A stretch of DNA of 64,000 nucleotides from Octopus vulgaris (taxonomy: Eukaryota): the NCBI GenBank assembly GCA_951406725.2, contig OX597824.1, positions 89,466,001 through 89,530,000 on the forward strand, written 5' to 3'. Shown here piece by piece: positions 1 to 13,443 of this stretch (position 1 is its first letter; each line of letters opens with the position of its first letter). Below the pieces are notes generated by a model. The model made no database searches and was not told where the DNA came from. It saw only the letters and a list, made by a program, of their open reading frames with translations. Made by a program: the position numbers and the translations under genes.

Positions 1-577
1 TCACCACCACCACAACTACCATCACCACCACCACCACCACCATCACCACCACTACTACTACTACTAATACTACTATGACAACATCCCTTAACATATACAC
101 CCCAGCCTTTATCGAAAGACTATTTTAAGTAAGTCCCGTTGTGTTGTAACAGGGTATCGGGTGTCGGAGTTAGAACATATACTACATCTATTTCAGGGTA
201 CATCGGGGATGCCTATCTGTAGATCCCTGCAATGGAAGGGTGGAGGAAGAGTAGGAGAAGGAGGAGAATAGGGGCAGATGGGAGAGGAAGAGAAGAATAG
301 GGTCACCAACATATTGCACAATTATACACACACACGTAAGAACACGTACACGCGCGTGTACACACATACATATATAAGTATATATTTGTATATGCATGTA
401 TGTATATGTATGTTATTTGTATACTACATATACACACATACATATATATGTATGTAGTTGTATATATACATATATATATGCGTGTGTGTGTATGTATATA
501 AATATATATATGCAAATACATATGGTTCAAATTGGTTCAAATTGGTATTATTTAATAATATTAATTTCTAGCATTAT

Positions 578-626
<49 letters not shown>

Positions 627-700
627 TACATATATATATATATGAAATATATATGCATTTTATCAGTATCTATGTTTATTTTATATATTTATATATGCAC

Positions 701-743
<43 letters not shown>

Positions 744-974
744 GCAGAGCAATTTGACATTCACCTTTTGCAAAACGTCTGAAAGCCGTACCGACTCACC
801 GTGTCCCTGGGGCGGTGAAATTCCACCACCCAACCCGCTCTCCAAAATATAGCATATGTCACTCCATAGGAATTTTACTACAATTGACGCTATTCAACTT
901 ACAACAGTTGCGGGTCGTTAGCACATCTTGAGGTTAAAATGCATGTTGTACATAGTATACGGTTATTATTAATA

Positions 975-1330
975 TTCTTTTCTACTCTAGGCACAAGGCC
1001 CGAAATTTGGGGGGAGAGGGGGCCAGTCGAAAGGATGAAAGGCAAATTCGACCTCGGAGGAATTTGAACTCAGAACGTAGCGGCAGACGAAATACCTATT
1101 TCTTTATTATACACAAGGGGCTAAACACAGAGAGGACAAACAAGGACAGACAAACGGATTAAGTCGATTACATCGACCCCAGTGCGTAACTGGTACTTAT
1201 TTTAATCGACCCCGAAAGGACGAAAGGCAAAGTCGACCTCGGTAGAATTTGAACTCAGAACATAACGACAGACGAAATACCGCTAAGCATTTCGCCCGGC
1301 GTGCTAACGTTTCTGCCAGCTCGCCGCCTT
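975..1330 (-). mobile_element. SINE family B (Meta-SINE-like core GTCGACTTTGCCTTTCATCCTTTCGGGGTCGAT), tandem units
   Basis: Same sequence recurs at 29059, 30770, 33350, 37709, 53550, 55871, 56587 and 62437. Confidence 0.85.
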
Positions 1331-2029
1331 GGTTATAATTAATATTATAGTGAATAAGACATCTCTCGTCTCTCTTCAGTAAATCCTCAGAGAGATCCAG
1401 CAGCATTTGGTAGTGAATGTAAGGGAGATAACCTACTTCTGGTGAAAAAGGAAATTGAAACTTACAGGGAACATTAACATTTATACTAGTGATCGCTTAC
1501 ATGTTTGTATATGTATAATGTGGGCGTATGAACATGTATATATACATACTTGTATATAGATAAGTATGTGTATATATGTATATACATACTTGTATATACA
1601 TAAGTATGTGCACATATGTGCATACATGTATCCATGCTTGTATGTATACGTAGTTTTGCCTATATATATAAGCAGGTTTATATGCAAATAAATGTCTGTG
1701 TATGTATTGTGTTTGTATGTATGTTTGTATGTATGTATCTATCTGTCTATCTATCTACCTATCTATTTATCTATCTATCTGTCTGTCTATCTACTTATGT
1801 AACCAAGCCTTGAGAATCTTTACTGATACTTATAAAACAATGATGCACCATCCAAGATATCTTAATACCACCGAGGAGATATTGAGATATACTATAATAT
1901 GTAATATGGTAATCTTCTATAAGTAATAACATTAGCACTAATACAATAAATAGGACCTCTTATAACTATAGGCCTAATATGCAATGCTATATAATATATA
2001 AGCGTACGGTCAAAGTACCAAAGAGTGTA

Positions 2030-2200
2030 TATTACTACACAAGCGCGTCTGTAACAAAAGTCAATGTCACGTTACATTATCACGTTCACTCTTTTAAGCA
2101 CAAAAGAAAACTGCACATCGTTGGCTAAATTCATGTGGCACCTCAAAGAGAAAAATTTAAATTCTCTGTTTCGTGGTCGATCAAAGACCATGCTCTTGCA
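2030..2200 (+). mobile_element. Penelope-like GIY-YIG endonuclease fragment, degraded
   Basis: Translation TSLAKFMWHLKEKN resembles the PLE 'T.LSKYIW.LK' motif. Confidence 0.5.
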
Positions 2201-2523
2201 TATAGTGGGAGCGTTTGGACTACTAACTTCTAGCCTAAGCGGTGTTACAGAGTGAGTTACACAAATGAGAAATTTGTTTTATTTACTTTTATTTTCAGGA
2301 AACCAAAAACAAAAAATTGAAAATTAGCATTCACCTCATCATTTTGCATAGGCATCAAGAATGCTTATAAGAGTTTAATTATAATTATTGTACGTATTAC
2401 TGCATGCATTTCCTGATATTATCTATGGTGGTAAAAGTATTCCTCCAAGGTTACCCGTCGTATGACGGGTAATATACTAGTATATATATAATAGTTTTTT
2501 ATGGTTTTCGAGGAGCACATATA

Positions 2524-2556
<33 letters not shown>

Positions 2557-2890
2557 ATACAAACACAAATATCTATATATTTATGCACGGGTGCATGTGT
2601 GTGTGCTTATGTGAGTATATTGCCATTACAGAGTAATTGCCGCAAAAGAAAAACATCATAAATTAATTAGCGTGGTTTAATCTCGGGGTTCTTTGATGTC
2701 AGCCGCATCTTCATCACAGCAACCAGCCAGTAATTAGATGGCGCCTGGTACGAAATGCAAAAGAGGTCAATAGATTGCTCCTGTATCAAGGAGGTCATCG
2801 TTCTACAAGAAACGGTAGCGAAATAATGATAGAGCAACATCTCTTACTGTCTCTTACTTAAAGGCATTCTCTCTGTCCCTCTTTCTCTCT

Positions 2891-2957
<67 letters not shown>

Positions 2958-2973
2958 ATATACACACATATAC

Positions 2974-3049
<76 letters not shown>

Positions 3050-4447
3050 CCGGAGTAAACATAAATGTGAAACAAGGTGGAAAAAAGAGTACTCAAATAC
3101 CAGTGGTAGAGTAATATGCTATATTTTAAGCAGCAGAGAATTTTCTGCTGCTTAAAATAAAGTATATATATATATATATATTTATTTGTGTCTGTGTGTC
3201 TGAAGACGCGCGAGCTAGTGGTTAGGGTGCTGCATTTACGAGCGCTAGATCTTGGGTTCGTTTCCCCGGCCGAGCTTCGCGTTGTGTTCTGGAGCAAAAC
3301 ATTTCATTTCACCTTGCCTCTAGCCAAACTCGGCCGTAAAATAGCAAACTTGCGAGGATTAGCTTTCCGATGAAAAGGAATGATAGCCTGCTCCTTTAGC
3401 CATCAATAAGTACTAGGCTTCCAAAGAATAAGTCCTGAGATCGATTTGCTTGACAAAAGGCGGTGCTCCAGCATGGCCGCAGTCAAATGACTGAAACAAA
3501 ATAATATATATATAGGTGAAGGAAGCCTGTCCCATCACTTGGCGGTTCGGCAAAAGAGACCGATGGAATGGGTACTGGGCTTACAAGGAGTGGGTCCCGG
3601 GGTCGATTTGCTCGACTAAAGGCGGTGCTCCAGCATGGCCGCAATAAAATGACTGAAACAACTAAAAGAGTAATGGGTGTTCCATAAATTATCTTTACAG
3701 CTCCCGCAATTTAGTGTATCTGTTAGAGTTGAGATCTTGTAGGTGTGTTGTGTGCCACTAATGGAGCCCACGTGGAAGTGCTCTTATGCTTCTAATCAAA
3801 CTTTATTTCTTTGTCTACATTTTCCAATAATCTCTTCTGGGCAATCCTTATTTTTGGGTTTGTTTTCTGTATTTTAGATAGTGTAAATGTAATTTATGGA
3901 CACAGACAAAAACCATTAAATGCATTCGTGTACATACATGTATACACTCAAACACTCGCCCTGAACATTCATTCACAGATAAGAATACCATCAACCGATT
4001 TCTTTCGTTTCCCGTCTTATATAATTGGATCCTGTAACAGATCTTTCTGTCTGGCTGTCTGGTTGTTTGTCTGCCCCCCCCTCTCTCTGTCTCTCTTTCC
4101 TACTATCCATCCACCACCAGCTCGTTATCTGAAGCCAGTCCCCTCTTTTATCAGCTTTTACGTCATGCGGTATAGTGGCGACGAATGAGAAAAGCATGTT
4201 CCTTATGCAAATGAAGTCCGACTTACGGACAATAAATAAATGGGAAGCTGTGATGCTCATGCCTTTCACGAAGGTATAAAGTAACTCATGCACACGCACT
4301 ATTTGTTTATTTAGTTCCACGTCAGCCCTCGTAACCGATGTCTGATGATGACCTGTCATTTTGCATATCTATCTACGATCACAGTGTTTGATGTGGCCGT
4401 CTCTTTTGAAGATCGCTCGCTGAGATTTGATTGGAGATTTAGCTTTT

Positions 4448-4528
4448 AGGCGTAGGAGTGGCTCTGTGGTAAGTAGCTTGCTTACCAACCACATGGTTCC
4501 AGGTTCAAGCAATGGTGGGGGACAAACA

Positions 4529-4614
<86 letters not shown>

Positions 4615-4772
4615 GCTTCTTTCAGTTTCCGTCTACCAAATCCACTCACAAGGCTTTGGCTGTCCCGAGGCTATAACAGAAGACACTTGCCCAACGTGCC
4701 ACGCTGTGGGACTGAGCCCGGAACCATGTGGTTGGAAAGCAAGCTTCTTACCACACAGCCACGCCTGCGCCT
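4448..4772. mobile_element. SINE family A (head AGGCGCAGGAGTGGCTGTGTGGTAAG), self-inverted chimera
   Basis: Plus-strand head at 4448-4508 fused to a minus-strand copy ending at 4772. Confidence 0.85.
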
Positions 4773-5055
4773 AAAAAAATATTGCACATAAAGTTTAATA
4801 GCAAAATCTTATGTGGGCCCTTAAAAGGGCCATATGGACCCCGGCTGAGAACCACTGACAGAGAAATCAGCAAAACGTTAAAGCATCCGCTGTGCACATG
4901 GTAACGATATCATAGGCGCTATTTATTGTTGTGCGTTTGTTGGGGTTACTGTTTAGGGAGTTGGCTTGTGGAAGGGGTGATGTTGATGTTGGTGATGGAA
5001 GTGGTGGTGGTGGCAGCAGCGGTAATGGTAGCGGTAGTAGTTCTGTTGCTGCAAC

Positions 5056-5098
<43 letters not shown>

Positions 5099-5621
5099 AG
5101 TGATGGTGATTAGGGTAGTTAGTGGTTGTGGTGGTGTTGGTGGTAATTTTAACGGGTGGAGTGGGGGTTGGGGTTGCGGGGTGGGGGTGGGGGTAATTAC
5201 TTCACTAAGTACGGGCACCTGGTCCTCATCACGTTTGCATCTGAAACAATTCCTTAGATTCCAAAGCTTTCTCTGTGTGTCAGTCTGTTTTACTGTCAAG
5301 TTGTCTGTCTGTCTGTCTGTCTGTCGGCTTGCTTGCCTGTCTGTCTGTCTGCATGACAGGCTGTCTGGGTGTCTAGCTGGCAGGCTGGCTGGCTGGTTGG
5401 TGTGATAGTGGGTTTGCATGTATAAATATAAATATATATATACCCGTATATATATATATATATATATATCACGTGATCACGTGACCGACCAGACCATCAG
5501 ATGTTGTTACACATCGCTGGTCACAATGCGTTCGCATTGTTTTAGCCTTCGAATGACGCCACCCCGCTGGGGTTAAGCGAGCAGGCCAACATATAGGCCA
5601 ATAAAAGTTAAGCGAGCAGGC

Positions 5622-5685
<64 letters not shown>

Positions 5686-5688
5686 ATT

Positions 5689-5751
<63 letters not shown>

Positions 5752-6494
5752 ATTTATGTATATATATATATATGTATGTATATAGGTTATTTGGTATGTG
5801 AATGCCTGAGTCGCAGTAGTCGTGATGATTATGATGAAAATGATGATGATGATGATGATAGTTTGGGTAGTTATATGTTGGATGGTGGTGGTGGTGGTGG
5901 TAGTGATGATGATTATGACGGTTGTGGTAATGATATCGCTTCAGGTGTTATAAGTGATGTTAGTCGATGGGTATGGTATGCGGGAGAGGTGGTGGAGAAG
6001 TGGTGACGGTGGTTATGTTGTTGCTGTTGTTGTTGTTGTTGTTGTTGTTATTGTTGTCTACGTTGCTGCTCTTTCTTTCTCTTCTACCCCTCCTCGTGCC
6101 CCCACCTCGTGCCCACCCACCCACCCGTGTATCGCTAAGCTATACCACCACGCCTAGTATTACCATTTCTTCTAAAGCAGCTCATCTCTTAAAAAAGAGA
6201 CCGAGAAAACACGATTGGAATTGTTCGCTGAGCCTAACCCTACCCGCCAAAAACATAATATACGTCTCTCTTTCACCCCCCCAAAACGCGCGCGCACTCA
6301 CACATTCCACACACATACACACGCGCATGCATATACACACACACACACACATATGCATACACACGTACGCACGTACACACACGTGCACACACTCGTTGAC
6401 ACGCGCATAAAAGTTAATGTGAACACGTGTACCTGATGTTATCGGGTATCGCACGCCTCCTTAATTGTGTTTTATATCACCCAACCAAGCAATT

Positions 6495-7075
<581 letters not shown>

Positions 7076-7662
7076 TTGTTGCTGTTATTGTTGCCGTCGG
7101 TATTTGACTGTTGGCCACTTCTGGTCCTGCAAACATTTGATCCAAGATGGTTCCTAGCCCCGACCCGTAAATCACTTGTTTTATATATTCTCAAACGTGT
7201 TCCTTCCTTCCGTCTAAGACAGTAGGATATACTCTGAAGGAAATTTGGCTGCTATTTCTAGATGAGTGACTGACCATGTAAAGGTTTCCTCGTTGGATCG
7301 TATCTTAAAGTTTATGTGGCTATATTTCCACAATACTCAACGTATTTTAACAATGTTTTAAAAACATTTCTTAATGATATTTAATTATTAAAGAACTTTA
7401 AGATTATTTCTTTAATATTGAATGGGTTTGAAGGTCCAGTAGAGTAAAATAGGAATTAATGGGGTCCATAGGGGTGGAAATGGTTGAGAACCATTGGTTT
7501 AGAAAGTAAAGAGCCGGAAGAAATGCTGCTAAACATTTGGTCCGATTCGTCAACGGTTTTAACCGGCGAAGGGAAACAGCGTACTTGACCGAATCGTATT
7601 TGCCGGCTTACAAGCAAATCGGACTTCGATTTTAGCAAGCCTTTTCTTCAATCACTATGCAT

Positions 7663-8050
7663 AGGCGCAGACATGGCTGCGTGGTAAGAAGTTTGCTTCT
7701 CAACCGCTAGTTTCCGGGTTCAGTCTCACTGCATGGCATCTTGGGCTTTAAGTGTCTTCTACTATAGCCGCGGGCCGAGCAAAGCTTTGTGAGTGGATTT
7801 GGAAGCCTGTCATGGGGGTGTGTGTATGTGTGTGTGTTTTTTGTATCTGTGCTTGTCCCCCACCACTGATTGACAACCGGTGTCTGTGTGTTTACGTCGC
7901 CTTAACTTAGCTGTTTGACAAAATGTACCGATTGAATAAGTACCAGGCTTAAAATAAATAAATACTGGGGTCGATTCATTTGATTAAACATTCTTCAAAG
8001 TGGTGCCACAGCATGGCCGTAGTCTAATGCCTGAAACAAGTAAAAGATAA
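7663..8050 (+). mobile_element. SINE family A, diverged full-length copy
   Basis: tRNA-like head, internal (GT)n, tail GAAACAAGTAAAAGA. Confidence 0.85.
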
Positions 8051-8464
8051 GGGTAAAATATGCCAGGAATCCGAACCTTCATATAGGGTTTCTTAGAAGT
8101 AGGCTGGTATTCGGGGTAATTTTCAGGAGGAATACCAGTCAAGAACTGAGGGTGGTTTAATCATATCTAAGCCATTCCCCGACCATATTTTTAGGTCTTG
8201 TGCTTATGCTAAAATCGAAGGGCCGGGAAGTGAAAGAATCGTTAAGAAGTCGGACAAAATGTTTAGCAGCATTTCTTCCGGCTCTTTACTTTCTAAACCT
8301 ATGCTGTAATTGGTACCCGGTTTCAAAGGTATACCTCATGACACTCGGTCGGACCCCTGTGTATTGTTATAAACAGTGTGGATTAAAGAAGGGTTCAATT
8401 CATGATTTTTTTTTTTGCTAATTTAAAAAAATTTATTTATGTATTTCTGTATCTTCTTTTGCAG

Positions 8465-8615
8465 TTCCATCGTTGTAACGAGTCCTGGAAAAACAGCCGA
8501 CCAAGAACGGTGCCAATCAGTCGCAGAACGGTCACGCTCGGAGTCAACATGCCACCATGGGGGTTGCAAACTACTGTGGTCATACATTTGTTACCTGAAA
8601 TGTCGGTGGTCGTAG
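8465..8615 (+). CDS. Orphan candidate terminal exon of an unidentified plus-strand gene (SIVVTSPGK...LWSYICYLKCRWS*, or the alternative frame to 8680)
   Basis: Branch-like GCTAAT, long pyrimidine tract and TTTTGCAG at 8457-8464. High-complexity non-repeat island; AATAAA at 8778 and 8832. No homology recognised. Confidence 0.3.
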
Positions 8616-9273
8616 CACGTGACTTGGTGGCCAGTCTACAAACCCACGCCCCAGCTTTGTCTACTATATCAACGTTGTAGTCCGGACAGACCCAGACGCT
8701 CAAATACAAGCTCAAACGCATACATACATACATACATACATACATACATACATACATGCATACATATAAAAAAGAATAATAAATGAATAACTATACAAAT
8801 AATAATTATAATATTATAATAATAATATACAAATAAAAACAAAACCGTAAAAATATTATATAAAAATGAATCGAATCCGTTCCGCGGCAGAGGATCGAAC
8901 CAGTGATGAAGGGAAACGATAAAGACGAAGAAATATCGATTGAAATATTGATCAGTGTGTAAATATCTGCAGCCTCATGAGATTGGCAGAATTGTTAGCG
9001 CGTCGGACAAAATGACTTGCTGTATTTCTTCCGGCACTTTACTTTCTAAATTCAAGTCGGCCGAAGTTGACTTTGCCTTTCATCCACCCGAAGTTGATGA
9101 AATTAAATACCAGTCAAGAACTGAGTGTGGTTTAATCATATCTAAGCCATCCCCCGACCATATTTTTAGGCATTGTGCTTATGCTAAAATCGAAGGGCCG
9201 GGAAGTGATAGAATCGTTAACGAGTCGGACAAAATGTTTAGCAGCATTTCTTCCGGCTCTTTACTTTCTAAAC

Positions 9274-9452
9274 CAATGGTTCTCAACCATTTCCACCCCT
9301 ATGGACCCCATTTATTCCTATTTTACTCTACTGGACCTTTAATAATTAAATATCATTAAGAAATGTATAAAAAATTGTTAAAATACCTTGAGTATAGCCA
9401 CATAAACTTTAATAATAAAATCTTAAACAGAACCCGGTTTCACCAACCACTG
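9274..9452. mobile_element. hAT-type MITE inserted in a SINE B copy
   Basis: Termini CAATGGTT...AACCACTG; 8-bp TSD TTCTAAAC (9266-9273) / TTCTAAAT (9453-9460); SINE sequence resumes after it. A related right end lies at ~4780-4857. Confidence 0.75.
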
Positions 9453-9796
9453 TTCTAAATGCAAATCCTGCTGAGGTCAGCTTTGATTTTCATCCCCTCA
9501 GGATCAGTAAAGTACCAGTCAAGTGCTGGAGTCGATGGAATAATCTCAACCTCCAAAGTTTTCGGTGCTTATCTTAAAAACAACAATTATAATAATAATA
9601 ATAATTATTATTATTATTAATTGTTCAATGTGTCCAGTCCATTGTGATATGTGGGTCATTATATCTATTACCCCAGTATCCCATTGGCATTGTAATAAAT
9701 ACTTCCAATCCTCTATGGACTGACCTCAAAATCGTTGGCATTTACTCGTCTGCCCCGAGGAGCCGATGGTATGGATTTAATTAGTCGAAACCCCAG

Positions 9797-9870
<74 letters not shown>

Positions 9871-10092
9871 TGTATGTGTATACAGCACATTCGCTATGCT
9901 TGACTGTGAATTTCTTATATCTTAGTCTCTCTTTCTTCTGGGTTGTCCTTCATTCTTTTTAAGTGGAAAATATTTTGGGATTCATAGTTTTTGCGGATCA
10001 TTAATTTTGGCATTGATTGGTTTTCTTCATAAGTTATCTAGTTAGGCTTTGATAACCCTTAGATATTATTGGCTAGTTTTAGGAGGTACTGT

Positions 10093-10136
<44 letters not shown>

Positions 10137-10586
10137 CGCAGTAGACATATACCTATACAGACATGCTCTTAAAACACCTGACCATGTGTGTATGTGTTTT
10201 TTCATGATTACGCACGTATAGGTAATATAGCGTATAGCGGTGAATGTGATGGTGGATGTTTGTGCATCCAAGAGGTCATCGTGTTAAAAGTAAATGTATC
10301 AAAAGCACGAGGAGACTCCTAGTGGACGATTAGTACAAGGAAGATAATCTTCATAACGAAGTTCTTAGAACCATTTCAATCTTTTTGGAAGTCGTCAGCA
10401 TAACAATTCTGCATATTTTATCTAGCAGAAAAGAACAGTCAAGAAAAATCAATTCCCGGTCAGAAGTTGATTGGTGAAACTTCTTTAAATCGTTCCAAGT
10501 AAAAGATGACCTGCAAAGTCGGGCTTAGTGGCATTTGAACTCAGAACGTAAAGGGTTGTAAGCCAAATACAGCAAAGATTCTTTCT

Positions 10587-10628
<42 letters not shown>

Positions 10629-11195
10629 GTGCTCTAACGATCCTGACAATTTACAAACCTTATCTTTTGAGTAAATAAATAAATAAATGAATAAATAAAT
10701 AAATAATGAAATTTTAAAAGAAAATGGATAAAACATATTTTTTAAAAAATATCATTTCGCAACCTCCCTCCTTAAAACACAAACACACACAGTCCCGTTT
10801 CTTCTCCAACGGAGACACTGACACCAAGGCTTGGTATATATAAATATATACTCATGAGAACTATTATAGGCGATGATGATGATGATGAGGATGATAGTGG
10901 AGCCAGGAGATGGAGGAAAATTAAAATCTGAAATAAAGAAAGGATAATGTAAAAATGGTTTTTGTTGTTTGCAGAGTTGTTTTGTTTGTTGGGTTTTTTT
11001 TTCTTTTTTTTTCCTGGGAATTGTATTTGTTTTACTTCTATTGGTAATTCAATAGTTTATCTTTTACTTGTTTCAGTCATTAGACTGCGGCAATGCTGGG
11101 GCACCACCTTGAAGAATTTTTTGTCGAACGAATCGAACCCAGTACTTATATTTTTTGTCAGCCTCGTATTTATTCTATTGGTGTCTTATGCCCAC

Positions 11196-11295
11196 GGGCA
11201 TCTGGCGTAGTGGTTAAGACGCCGGGCTACTAACCCCAAGATTACGAGTTCAATTCCAGGCAGTGACCTGAATAATAATAATAATAATAATAATG

Positions 11296-11335
<40 letters not shown>

Positions 11336-11355
11336 TAATAATAATAAAAATAATA
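11196..11355 (+). mobile_element. Short tRNA-derived SINE/tRNA pseudogene with (AAT)n tail
   Basis: A-box TGGCGTAGTGG, B-box GAGTTCAATTCC, poor acceptor stem, followed directly by (AAT)n. Confidence 0.7.
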
Positions 11356-11488
11356 TTGTGAAGTACATTTGCCACTTAAATGTGGCTAACCCCCTAAGGG
11401 TGGATGCTACTGTAGCTTGTAGTCCCACCAGCAGCATCCACCCTTATAACAATAATAATAATAACCTAATAACAATAATAATAATAAC

Positions 11489-11564
<76 letters not shown>

Positions 11565-12374
11565 TGGAAAAATACCTTAGGAATGAGAACCCAGGTTCGA
11601 AACGAAAAGTTGTGTTAACAACAAACAAGATGAGGACAAATATCCGTCAAATGTAAATAATGTAAATAATGTTCTCTGAACTTGTTTCATATTTTTCATT
11701 TCTCTCAGGCTTTCAGTTATATTCCCACCCCTCTTCCACTACCACCACCACCACCACAACAACAACAGCAACAGCAGCAGCAGCAACAACAACTCCAACT
11801 CCAACAGTATCTGCAACTCCAGCAAACAAGGATGGCTTCATGTGGTCGCTTGTTCTGCTAGAATTATCAGTCAAATCTCTCGCCAAATCAATAGTCAACC
11901 ATCTTAAACAAGGAGAGACACGTTAAATAATATAGTCTTAGATAAACTATGCCCAAATCTAACACGCCTCGGTCACAGCTGGATCGCTTTTGATCAAAAG
12001 GTCTGCTCACTAAGGCTGACCTGTACGAGCTATAATCTACAACAACACCACTATCAACAACAACAACAACAACAACGAAACTGCCAAAATACTATCTTTG
12101 CTTATTATCAATAGCATCTCCATCGATATTGGAATCTTCAATGTTGCCGCCATTAACATCAACACTTCTAACCTAAACAAAACAGGCTCCAACGCCACCA
12201 ACACCACCACTGTCCACATTACCACCGACAACCACCGCCATTGCGCACGATAATCTCCCACTTGCCAAAACAGATAAATGCCTGCCAGAATAATCTTGAT
12301 AACAAAAACACAAACGCTGTGGCATGTAAACACACCGACTGATGGCAGCCATATTGTTTGCTTGGATTAGACGA

Positions 12375-12778
12375 TCTTCTTCTTCTTCTTCTTCTTCTTC
12401 TTCTTCTTCTTCTTCTTCTTCTTCTTCTTCTTCTTCTTCTTCTCCTTCTTCTTCTTCCTTCTTCTTCTTCTTCTTCTTCTTCTTCTTCTTCTCCTTCTCC
12501 TTCTCCTTCTCCTTTTTCTTCTTCTTCGTCTTCTTCTCCTTCTCCTTCTCCTTCTCCTTTTTCTTCTTCTTCTTCTTCTTCTTCTTCTTCTTCTTCTCCT
12601 TCTTCTCCTTCTCCTCCTCCTCCTTCTTCTTCTTCTTCTTCTTCTTCTTCTTCTTCTTCTCCTTCTTCCTCTTCTTCTTCTTCTTCTCCTCCTCCTCCTC
12701 CTCCTCCTTCGTCTTCTTCTTCTTCTTCTTCTTCTTCTTCTTCTTCTTCTTCTTCCTCCTCCTCCTCCTCCTCCTCCT
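12375..12778. repeat. (TCT)n/(TCC)n polypyrimidine array, ~400 bp
   Basis: Direct reading. Confidence 0.97.
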
Positions 12779-13443
12779 GGCAGAATCATTAGCGCAGAGC
12801 AGTGACATAGCTAGAATGCATACTGCCCGCATCAGTCCTTGAATTGGCTTCCCCCATCGTCCCCACACACTCCCTGTACGGCAGATACAAAAGTGACCCC
12901 TCATAAAAGCGTTGCCTGGCACGGACCAGTCCCTTTACTCCTAGGTACGGTTACAGGAACAGAAACAGCGAAAAGTTAGATTCCTTGTCCAAGAACATAG
13001 AATTATTCTATCAACTCGGTCAGCTACGACTCTTCAAGAACTGTGCTAAAGTACTCTTATCTGTTTGTCTATTTAAAAAGCAGCCAAAACTGTTGACTGA
13101 TTCCGGTAATCAGAACCACGCAGGTGGTTTATACAGATAAACTAGTGCTTTTACAATTTACGTGTATGTAGAATAACGGTTTTATTGTCCAGAATAACAG
13201 TTTCATTTTCAAGAATAAGTGTTTCTTTTTGTAAACGGCAAAGAAGTTCCGTTATTTAATGACATATAAGATGCACTCCCCCCTCCCCCGGCCGAAAAAA
13301 GTCCCCCAAAATCACCCCGAGTGCTACATGAGTTTGCTTCAGATATTACTTGCTTCAATACACAAAAATTTTCTTCTGAATATATGCTAATAAAATTGAG
13401 GTGCTTCTCACGTGTCCGTGTGTCTTAAACCATCAGAAAAGTA

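Noticed and set aside
11196-11270. Functional tRNA gene
   Set aside because: Acceptor and anticodon stems pair poorly; it has an (AAT)n tail and no T-run terminator, so it is a SINE head
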